Source: Verrucomicrobiia bacterium
GTDB lineage: Bacteria; Verrucomicrobiota; Verrucomicrobiia; Limisphaerales; Palsa-1400
Length of the DNA: 64,000 bases
NCBI GenBank assembly: GCA_036272955.1
Contig: DATAXU010000188.1
Span: forward strand, 7,995 to 71,994
Reading direction: 5' to 3'
A program made the position numbers and the translations under genes. Below the pieces are notes generated by a model, which made no database searches, was not told the DNA's origin, and worked only from the letters and a program-made list of their open reading frames with translations. This document shows, piece by piece, positions 9,508 through 17,523 of the stretch (the stretch's first letter is position 1; every line of letters begins with the position of its first letter).

Positions 9508-10257
9508 CTACTGGTTCAACACCTCGAACAAATATCGCATTTCCTCCTCCAGTTCCATCGGACTTGAAACAGTTTGGGACACTTCCGCGCGCACTAGTTC
9601 CCGGTATCGCTGGCGCAGCCTATGCACCAACACCGGCACCGAGGAAGCTTCGACGTCCAGCCTAGTTGCGACGTCAGAGTAGTCGCCGGGCGCCGCGTTC
9701 ACCGTCAGAAAGGGTTTTAAGACCTCGAACGTCCCGCGTTTGTCCGATTGCGCCATCTCCTCCTTCAACTGCCGCAACGCCGTTTGCACAATCGTTTGCG
9801 CCCAGCGCTTGTCATAAAGTTTTCCCGGCGAAACTTCTTCCGTCGCCACGACCTCGCCCAATTCACCGCCGCTAAATTGGTCCAGGGAAAAGGTCAGTCG
9901 CCCTCCGCCTCGTTTTTGCGCGTTGGCGCGGTCGTATTCGTTGGCCAGAAAATGGGTGAATGCCGCGAGCAAAAAAGTGCGAAATTTCCCCCTGCTCGGG
10001 TCAAGCCCCGTAAAGTCCTTCCGCTCCAGCAGGCGCGCAAAAAACTCCTGCGTCAAATCCTTGGCATCCTCCTCAGGCCATCCTTTGCGTCGCGCAAATG
10101 CGCAAACCGGCTGCCAGTAGTTCCGGCACAGCTTTTCCAGCGCCGCCTCGCTTTCCGGTGACATCTCCTGACCCGCCAGCAAGACCACGCTCCACCGCGT
10201 CGTCGAGAATCGACCGGAGGTTCTTGAGTCACCGTCATTTAGCGTTGCATCTGACAT
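9508..10257 (-). CDS. ECF-type RNA polymerase sigma-70 family factor
   Basis: 249 aa. N-terminal TTRWSVVLLAG motif, region-2-like YWQPVCAFARRKG..DAKDLTQEFF, and region-4-like C-terminus. Lies immediately upstream of the kinase (68-nt gap, same strand). Confidence 0.85.
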   Translation of the reverse strand: MSDATLNDGDSRTSGRFSTTRWSVVLLAGQEMSPESEAALEKLCRNYWQPVCAFARRKGWPEEDAKDLTQEFFARLLERKDFTGLDPSRGKFRTFLLAAFTHFLANEYDRANAQKRGGGRLTFSLDQFSGGELGEVVATEEVSPGKLYDKRWAQTIVQTALRQLKEEMAQSDKRGTFEVLKPFLTVNAAPGDYSDVATRLDVEASSVPVLVHRLRQRYRELVRAEVSQTVSSPMELEEEMRYLFEVLNQ

Positions 10258-10432
10258 CTCAGCCGATGCTCAGCATGGCACAGTGAAACTCTCAAGCCAA
10301 GCCAAAGACTTTGAACTATTCGTTGTCAATCGCGGTCAAATGACTGAAAATAAACCTAGAGCCTGATTTGAAGATACCCCCACGGGGATTTTCTCATAAC
10401 ACGCTCTCGACTAATTCCGCAACCAATGAATT

Positions 10433-10927
10433 ATGACTGCTAAACACATCCTTCTCGTGGAGGACGATCTTCGCGACTCCGATCTCACCCTCGCCGCTTT
10501 GGAAGATTACAGCGTAGGCAACGAAATCTTCGTCGTCCGCGACGGCCAGGAGGCTCTGGATTATTTGTATTTCCGGGGAAAATATAAAAGCCGCGAACGA
10601 CGCCATCCCGTCGTCGTCTTGCTTGACAACAAAATGCCCAAACTCAGCGGCCTGGATGTTTTGAAAGCGGTCAAATCCGACGAGCATTTAAAAACCATTC
10701 CCGTCGTCGTACTGAGTTCCTCCAGTGACACGCCGGATTTGATTGAGTTCTACCGCCATGGCGTCAACGCCTACGTCGTCAAACCCACCGTCTTTTCCGA
10801 GTTCATGACCAAGGTCAAACAACTAGGCGAATTCTGGGCCGTCATCAACGAACCTCCCCCATTCGTAGCGCCGCTGGAAGCCGCAATCAGCAACGCCACT
10901 CCCCACCCAAAACGCTCCCCCCGGTAA
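10433..10927 (+). CDS. Single-domain response regulator (CheY-like receiver)
   Basis: ILLVEDD..D..VVLLDNKMPKLSGLDVLKAVK..PVVVLSSS..AYVVKP. No output domain. Confidence 0.85.
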   Translation: MTAKHILLVEDDLRDSDLTLAALEDYSVGNEIFVVRDGQEALDYLYFRGKYKSRERRHPVVVLLDNKMPKLSGLDVLKAVKSDEHLKTIPVVVLSSSSDTPDLIEFYRHGVNAYVVKPTVFSEFMTKVKQLGEFWAVINEPPPFVAPLEAAISNATPHPKRSPR

Positions 10928-11132
10928 ATCACTTCTGAACGAATCGCAGGGAAGGTGGGTTTACCGCGCCGAAGCGCTCCGCGCTAAGGCGGGCCGAAAC
11001 AGAGCAGGGGGCGGTAAACACCTTATATCGCCCGATGTGTTTTACAGCGTAGCATCACCCCATGAATGTGATTTACACCCGGCACGCTGAACAGATCGCC
11101 TTATAATTTCTTGAATACGCCAAAACAAAATT

Positions 11133-13154
11133 ATGGGCCATCTGGATATTCAATGGGCATGGAAACGTCGTCATTCGACCCTGGTGATTCTTTCGCTGTT
11201 CCTCTCACCGTTCGCATACAGCCAGCAACAGGCGCCGGGCGCTCCGAAGTCACCGCCAGCGCAAACTATTGTTTTACCCAAGTCCGTCCCGGATCCAATC
11301 GAACCGTTCAACCGGGCGATGTGGGCTTTCAACAAGGGCCTCCTGACCGGCGTTATCAAGCCGACGGCAAGGGTTTACAGGGCTGTCGTCATCAAGCCCA
11401 TCCGCACGGGAATCGGTAACTTCGGCACGAATCTTACTTACCCGGCGCGGTTGCTCGACAACCTCCTACAGGCCAGATGGGCCGGCGCCCGTGACGAATC
11501 TTACAGGTTCCTTTGCAACACCACCGTCGGCATCGGTGGCTTCTTCGATGTCGCTGACAAATGGAAAATCCCCAGGTCCGACGCCGATTTTGGCCAGACA
11601 TTAGCCAAGTGGGGTTGGCAGCCTCACTTTTTCCTGATGCTGCCGATATTCGGCCCTAGCAACGATCGCGATGCAGTCGGTCTCGCAGTTGACACCGCCG
11701 CCAATCCTCTGATTTATATCTCCCCCTACAACCTCGTCGCGTCCGACCCCCTGACTTATCTCGGCCCTTACACTTACTTCACCTACGTTGTCACATATAA
11801 CAATATGGCCGACACCGTCAATGAAGACGTGCGCTTCATGCAGGCCGAAATGGACCCTTACGCTGAACTCGAATATGCGTGGACATTCGTCAGGGCCAAC
11901 CGCGTCGCCAATTTCCAGGTCAAAGGGAAACAAGACGAAGCCGCATTGGAAACTCTCGAGTCGGTTTTCTTCACCTACAAAAATCCCAATTTTCCAAACC
12001 TCGCCAAGACCCGTTCTGTTCTTATTCCGTCCACCGGCCGCCGTCTCAAATTCACATTCTGGTTGCAGCCGGATCCGGCCCCGGTGGTCTATATAATTCC
12101 CGGTCTGGGTTCCCATCGCCTTGCGGAAACTTCCATGGCCTTGGCGGAGTTGGTTTACAGCAATGGTTACTCCGCCGTAACCGTCAGCAGCCCGTTTAAC
12201 TCCGAATTCATGGAACACGCTTCGACGGCCGCTTTGCCCGCCTATTTGCCCGTCGATGGCGACGACATGCACGTCGCCCTAACCGAAATCGACCACCGCT
12301 TGAATGTGCTCTATCCAAACCGATTGGGGCCGAAAGCTTTGATGGGCTATTCCATGGGCGCTTTCGAGTCGTTGTATATCGCATCGACCCAGTCCACGAA
12401 TCAATCTTCCCTCATAAAATTCGACCGCTACCTCGCCATCGATACCCCCGTGCGGCTGCTTCACGGAATGGGCAAGCTCGACCAATTCTACCAGGCCCCC
12501 CTGCGATGGCCCGCCGCCGAGCGAACCAATGACATGGAAAACACCTTCCTCAAAGTGGCTGACTTGAGCAAACGCACCATGACGCCCCGTGCCACCCTTC
12601 CTTTCAGCGACATCGAGTCCGAGTTTCTTATCGGCGTGGATTTTCGTTTCATCCTTCGCGATATTATTTACAGCAGCCAGCGCCGATACAACGAGCACGT
12701 TCTTCGCCGCCCGCTTTGGAGAGTCAGGCGTGACCCCGTCTATGAGGAAATAATGAAGTACTCCTACGACGACTATTTCAGCAAGTTTGCCGTCCCCTAT
12801 TACAAAGCCTGGGGCATCGCATCGGGAACCGCCGCCGCCTTGGATCACGCAGGCGATTTGCGGACCTACGAAACCGGGATTCGGGCCAATCCCGGCATCC
12901 GCGTCATCGTCAACGACAATGATTTCCTCCTCACGGACCAGGACAGGCACTGGCTTCATGCCACATTCACTCCCGATCAATTGACTGTTTTTCCAAAAGG
13001 CGGCCACCTCGGAAACCTTTTCAATCCAAACGTTCAAAAGACCATATTGGAAGACCTGTCCGAATTGAAGCCCCCTTCCAAACGGAACGAGCCATTGAAA
13101 GTCGCCCCCTCCACTAACGCCCCCGCCGGTACAAAGCCGATCCTGGCCCCATGA
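11133..13154 (+). CDS. MlaA/VacJ-family lipoprotein domain fused to a C-terminal alpha/beta-hydrolase-like domain
   Basis: The N-terminal third matches MlaA (DPIEPFNRAMWAFN..IRTGIGNFGTNLTYPARLLDNLLQ..TTVGIGGFFDVA..DFGQTLAKWG..LMLPIFGPSNDRD). The C-terminal half has a GYSMG nucleophile elbow (Ser codon 12351..12353), VIVNDNDFL and GGHLGN. Confidence 0.75.
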   Translation: MGHLDIQWAWKRRHSTLVILSLFLSPFAYSQQQAPGAPKSPPAQTIVLPKSVPDPIEPFNRAMWAFNKGLLTGVIKPTARVYRAVVIKPIRTGIGNFGTNLTYPARLLDNLLQARWAGARDESYRFLCNTTVGIGGFFDVADKWKIPRSDADFGQTLAKWGWQPHFFLMLPIFGPSNDRDAVGLAVDTAANPLIYISPYNLVASDPLTYLGPYTYFTYVVTYNNMADTVNEDVRFMQAEMDPYAELEYAWTFVRANRVANFQVKGKQDEAALETLESVFFTYKNPNFPNLAKTRSVLIPSTGRRLKFTFWLQPDPAPVVYIIPGLGSHRLAETSMALAELVYSNGYSAVTVSSPFNSEFMEHASTAALPAYLPVDGDDMHVALTEIDHRLNVLYPNRLGPKALMGYSMGAFESLYIASTQSTNQSSLIKFDRYLAIDTPVRLLHGMGKLDQFYQAPLRWPAAERTNDMENTFLKVADLSKRTMTPRATLPFSDIESEFLIGVDFRFILRDIIYSSQRRYNEHVLRRPLWRVRRDPVYEEIMKYSYDDYFSKFAVPYYKAWGIASGTAAALDHAGDLRTYETGIRANPGIRVIVNDNDFLLTDQDRHWLHATFTPDQLTVFPKGGHLGNLFNPNVQKTILEDLSELKPPSKRNEPLKVAPSTNAPAGTKPILAP

Positions 13155-13732
13155 TCAGCCGCGCTCTAATTTTTGTTTTTGCCGCATTCTCACTCCTCCC
13201 CGCCGGGTGTCAAATTCCGAAACCCCCGCCAGAGCCACCCCCCGGAAGCCCCATGGTGTTATCAATCCGAAACAACAGCTACAGCCTTCTCTATCAGCTC
13301 CTGAGCGAGGAAAAAAACGTCGGTCTTCTCCGGTTGGTCAAGCGCGAAAAACCGGACATCAAAGACCTCGTTAAAAAGATCGGCGACACATCGCGCGCCG
13401 ACGCAAAACTGCTCGAAAAACTAGCCGCCGAAGACCCCACGCTCAATCTCCATGAAACTCGACTCCCTCCCGGCGAAGTAGCCACCCGCGCCGCCATCGC
13501 TTCCACCAAGGAAAAAGATCTCCTGTCCGAAAAAGGCGACAAACTCGACTTGACGCTATTGATAACCCAATTCGAAGCTCTGAACTACGGCTGGCACCTC
13601 GCCCGCGTCGCCGGCGACTACGAATCCCAGCCCAACCGCGCTCGCGTCCTCGAAGCCATCAGCGACGACCTGGAAAACCTAAACCGCCAACTCTTCGCCC
13701 TCGTGCTGTCCAAAATAAGTTCGCGGCCTTAG
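13151..13732 (+). CDS. Hypothetical lipoprotein, translationally coupled to the MlaA-fusion gene
   Basis: ATGA start/stop overlap with the upstream gene. Signal plus lipobox: FAAFSLLPAGC. No confident family. Confidence 0.55.
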   Translation: MISRALIFVFAAFSLLPAGCQIPKPPPEPPPGSPMVLSIRNNSYSLLYQLLSEEKNVGLLRLVKREKPDIKDLVKKIGDTSRADAKLLEKLAAEDPTLNLHETRLPPGEVATRAAIASTKEKDLLSEKGDKLDLTLLITQFEALNYGWHLARVAGDYESQPNRARVLEAISDDLENLNRQLFALVLSKISSRP

Positions 13733-14204
13733 TTTTATTCCTGGAAAACCTACGATGCCTTGGAGCAACCGCCACGCACGGCGGCGATGCCCCCGGGCGC
13801 AATTCCAACAGATCCACTCGCTTGAAGCCGCCTTGCGCGTGCGTCGCGTGGACTGAAATCTTGTAAGCAATAGCCGGGAGGGATGTCGGTCGTCAGCGCA
13901 GACCGAGATGCTCCTTTTCAGAATAGCCAAATCGCATCCTCTTCGGAAGAGCGCGTGCATGAGTGGAGACCCAAAGTAAACGCAAATATCGGGAAAAAGC
14001 TGGGGTGGACAAAACGGCCTCGAACATCCCGCTGTCAAAGAAAAACCGAGAATGGCCTTGCAAACCGGTGCCAATGGAAGACGATCGCGCCGTACGCCGT
14101 AGGATCGCGCTCCCTGTGGGCGAGAGTCCAAATGGGAAATCTCAGTTTATACTGATTCCAAAACCATTATAAAAATTATCCCCGATCGGCTTATTCCAAA
14201 CATC

Positions 14205-17200
14205 ATGCAAAAATTCATATTGCTCTGCTCGTGCGTGTTTGTCTCCATGCTGGCCGAGACCACGGCCATGGCTCAACTGACGGTCTGGTCCAATGTGTGG
14301 GGCGCCGGCTGGGAAAATTATAGCTATAATTCAACACTGAATTTCCAAAATACTTCACCTCTCACCAACAGCAGCGAATATTCCATCGCTGTGACGATCA
14401 CCGCTGAATACGGCGGCTTTGTGCCCTACATCCCTCCCACGTCGGATGCGGCTTACGGCAGCGTCAGCTTCTGGATCAACGGCGGCCCGGCCGGCGGGCA
14501 GCATCTCCAAATGTACGGCAATCTTGGAACAGGGCCTTCGACTCAGGCCAGTCGCGTTGCTTTAAGCCCCAAGGCCAATACCTGGACGCATTACACAATC
14601 TCACTGGCGTCTCTGGACGTGTCGAACCAGGCGATTTTCAGCGGTTTCGCCATTCAGGATTCCGCAGGAACGGCTGAGCCAGTGTTTTATCTGGATAACA
14701 TGCTGCTCACCAGTTCAACTCCGTTGACGGCGAACGCTGGGACCGGCCAGACAAATTGCATGGGTGGCAGCACAACCATCGGGAGCAATCCCACCGCCAT
14801 CGGCGGCGGTGGTGGATACACTTACAGTTGGAGTCCCGCCACGGGTCTTAACAGCGCGACGGTGGCGAATCCAACCGCTTCGCCCACGGCCACTACCACC
14901 TATACGGTCACAGTCACCGACGCCGCGGAAAGCACCGCGCTCTCCACCGTGACGGTGACCGTCAGCCCTGACGAGGCGGGCACGGCGAGCGCGGGCACCA
15001 ACCAGACGATTGCCGCCGGCAACAACACGGCGGGCCTGGGCGGTTCGGTGGGCGGCGGCGCCACGGGCGGCATCTGGACGACATCCGGCTCGGGCACCTT
15101 TGTGCCAGGCGCGACCACGTTGAATGCCATCTATGATCCGTCAGCAAACGATATTGCGGCTGGCACGGTTACTCTGACGCTGACCACGACCGGGCCGGTT
15201 TCGCCTTGCGCCGCGGCCACGGCACAAGTGGTGGTGACCATTCAGGGCACGACGGTGATCTACTCCAATGCACTGGTGAACGGCTGGGTTGACGCCAGTT
15301 ATGAGACCACGCTGAATTACGCCAATACTTCCCCGGTCAATTCCGGAAGCGAGGATTCCATTAGCGCGACCATTACCAGCTCTTACGGCGGCTTTGGGGT
15401 CTATCATGCGCCGATGTCGGACAGCGCCCGCGCCAGTGTCAGCTTCTGGCTCAACGGCGGCGCAACCGGCGGGCAAAATCTGCAAATGTATGGCACGGAG
15501 GGGGGCTACCCTGAAGGTTTCTGCACGTTGACCGCACCGCTGGCCAACTCCTGGCAGCAGTACTTCGTGCCGTTGTCGGCCCTGGGCGTGGAGGACGCGA
15601 CGAACTTCACCGGGTTCGTCATACAGGATTCCGCCGGCACGGGGGAGCCAACATTTTACGTGGATGACATCGAACTCACCAGCGCCACGGCGCCACCGCT
15701 AACGACGCTGACGGTGAACGCCGGCCAGCCCATCCGCATGGCGGACCCACGCCTGTTCGGATTGAACACGGCAATATGGGACGGCAATCTTGACACACCG
15801 GACACGATCATGCTGCTGACCAATATGGGTGTGAATGCGTTGCGTTACCCGGGTGGGTCTGATTCCGACAATTATCACTGGGTTTCCAACGGGCTGGCCG
15901 GGGGAGGTTATGCGTCCCCGTCAGCCAGCCTGGCAAGTTTCATACAAGTGATCACCAACATTGGCGGGGAAACCATGATCACGATGAACTATGGCACAGG
16001 CACATCGAATGAAGCCGCGGCGTGGGTGGCGTATGTCAACGCCTCGACCACGAATACGACATCTTTGGGCGTGGACGAATACGGCATCAACTGGCAAACC
16101 GCCGGGTATTGGGCCTCGTTGCGAGCGGCCGAGCCGTTGAAGTCCGACGACGGCAAAAACTTTCTGCGCATCTCCCACACCGCGCCGCTGGGTTTCGAGT
16201 ATTGGGAGATTGGCAACGAGGTTTACGGCGCTTCCTGGGAAACTGATAATAACGTCGTGGCTCATGATCCTTACACCTATGCGATGCGGTCGGCCGGATA
16301 CATCGGCTTGATTAAAGCAGTTGATCCGACGGTCAAAATCGGGGTGGTGGTCGAGACCGGCGAGGATAGCTATATCAATAACTACGACCATTATGTGCTG
16401 AACCCGGTTACGGAACGGTCTCACTACGGTTGGACGCCGGTTTTGCTGGCAACTTTGAGCAGCCTGGGCGTGACGCCGGACTTTGCCATTTTCCATAATT
16501 ATCCGCAGAATCCTGGCAGCGAGTCCGACGCAGGGTTGCTGGCATCCTCAACCGGGTCCGGAGGATGGGCGGATGACGCGGCGAATCTGCGCATGATGCT
16601 CACCGATTATATGGGTTCCGCGGGCGCGAACACGGAATTGGTCTGCACCGAAAACAACTCGGTTTCTTCCGGCCCCGGCAAACAATCGGTGAGCCTCGTC
16701 AACGGACTTTACAAGTTGGACAGCCAGGCCCAACTCATGCAGACGGAATTCAACGGACTTTTCTGGTGGGATTTGCGCAACGGCCAAAGCTCCGATTATA
16801 ATGACAGCGCCACGCTTTACGGTTGGCGTGAGTATGGCGATTACGGTATCGCGAATTCGGATTCGGACCTCGGGGAGACAGACCTTTACCCAACTTATTA
16901 CGTGAGCGAATTGATGAAAAATTTCGTGCAGGAAAACGATACCGTTATCGCCGCCGCAAGCACGTATCCGCTGCTTTCCATTTATGCGGTTCAGCGCCAG
17001 GACGGCAGAGTGACGGCGTTGGTCATTAACAAAGACCCTGTCAACACTCTCGCAGGAGAGGTGCAGGTGAGCGGCTTTACCCCGGCTTCAGGCGGGGTGG
17101 TCTATTCTTACGGAATTCCCCAGGACAATGCCGTGGAAAACGATACCGGCTCACCGAACGTGGCCCAAACCGCCATTTCCGTCAGCGGAACAAACATCAG

Positions 17201-17465
17201 CTATGCCTTCGCGCCTTACTCGGCCACGGTAATTTCACTCTCCCCGTCGCCGGCAACATTGCAGGCCGTTACCCAAAGCGCCGGCCAGTTCGTCTTTCAA
17301 CTGCAGGGTCAGTCGGGCGTTCCTTATGTGATCGAGACTTCGACCAATATGATCACCTGGACTCAGGTCAGCGCCAACACGCCTCTCTCGAACATGCTGA
17401 ATATCACCAATTCCGTGACTCCAACGCAGCCGGAGCAATTTTGGCGGGTAGTCTGGAAACCCTAG
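14205..17465 (+). CDS. Secreted multidomain glycoside hydrolase (GH51-like / clan GH-A arabinofuranosidase-like) with two N-terminal CBM-like modules
   Basis: Signal peptide. Two paralogous ~170-aa modules (..SVSFW(I/L)NGG..GGQ.LQMYG..F(S/T)GF.IQDSAGT.EP.FY.D). Catalytic-domain motifs LRYPGGSDSDNYHW and YWEIGNEVYG resemble GH51 (IRYPGGNF..YNW, LGNEMDG). The C-terminal module ends in FWRV. Confidence 0.7.
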   Translation: MQKFILLCSCVFVSMLAETTAMAQLTVWSNVWGAGWENYSYNSTLNFQNTSPLTNSSEYSIAVTITAEYGGFVPYIPPTSDAAYGSVSFWINGGPAGGQHLQMYGNLGTGPSTQASRVALSPKANTWTHYTISLASLDVSNQAIFSGFAIQDSAGTAEPVFYLDNMLLTSSTPLTANAGTGQTNCMGGSTTIGSNPTAIGGGGGYTYSWSPATGLNSATVANPTASPTATTTYTVTVTDAAESTALSTVTVTVSPDEAGTASAGTNQTIAAGNNTAGLGGSVGGGATGGIWTTSGSGTFVPGATTLNAIYDPSANDIAAGTVTLTLTTTGPVSPCAAATAQVVVTIQGTTVIYSNALVNGWVDASYETTLNYANTSPVNSGSEDSISATITSSYGGFGVYHAPMSDSARASVSFWLNGGATGGQNLQMYGTEGGYPEGFCTLTAPLANSWQQYFVPLSALGVEDATNFTGFVIQDSAGTGEPTFYVDDIELTSATAPPLTTLTVNAGQPIRMADPRLFGLNTAIWDGNLDTPDTIMLLTNMGVNALRYPGGSDSDNYHWVSNGLAGGGYASPSASLASFIQVITNIGGETMITMNYGTGTSNEAAAWVAYVNASTTNTTSLGVDEYGINWQTAGYWASLRAAEPLKSDDGKNFLRISHTAPLGFEYWEIGNEVYGASWETDNNVVAHDPYTYAMRSAGYIGLIKAVDPTVKIGVVVETGEDSYINNYDHYVLNPVTERSHYGWTPVLLATLSSLGVTPDFAIFHNYPQNPGSESDAGLLASSTGSGGWADDAANLRMMLTDYMGSAGANTELVCTENNSVSSGPGKQSVSLVNGLYKLDSQAQLMQTEFNGLFWWDLRNGQSSDYNDSATLYGWREYGDYGIANSDSDLGETDLYPTYYVSELMKNFVQENDTVIAAASTYPLLSIYAVQRQDGRVTALVINKDPVNTLAGEVQVSGFTPASGGVVYSYGIPQDNAVENDTGSPNVAQTAISVSGTNISYAFAPYSATVISLSPSPATLQAVTQSAGQFVFQLQGQSGVPYVIETSTNMITWTQVSANTPLSNMLNITNSVTPTQPEQFWRVVWKP

Positions 17466-17523
17466 CGGCCGAGAGCGATTCTTCCCGGTCGGCAAACGGG
17501 ATTGCTTTCGCTGGATTTATGCG

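Noticed and set aside
10952-11024. tRNA-sized (73 nt) structured element
   Set aside because: It has no cloverleaf and no T-loop GTTCGAATC-like or D-loop consensus. It is kept only as a low-interest inverted repeat.
13733-14204. A 470-bp gap upstream of the GH51-like gene that might hold an ncRNA or riboswitch, and minus-strand ORF 13679..14131 (150 aa)
   Set aside because: I found no match to the conserved cores I know (RNase P, tmRNA, SRP, 6S, cobalamin/TPP/SAM boxes). The 150-aa ORF is Arg/Cys-rich with no motifs and overlaps the end of the upstream gene. It needs an Rfam/cmscan search, which I cannot run.
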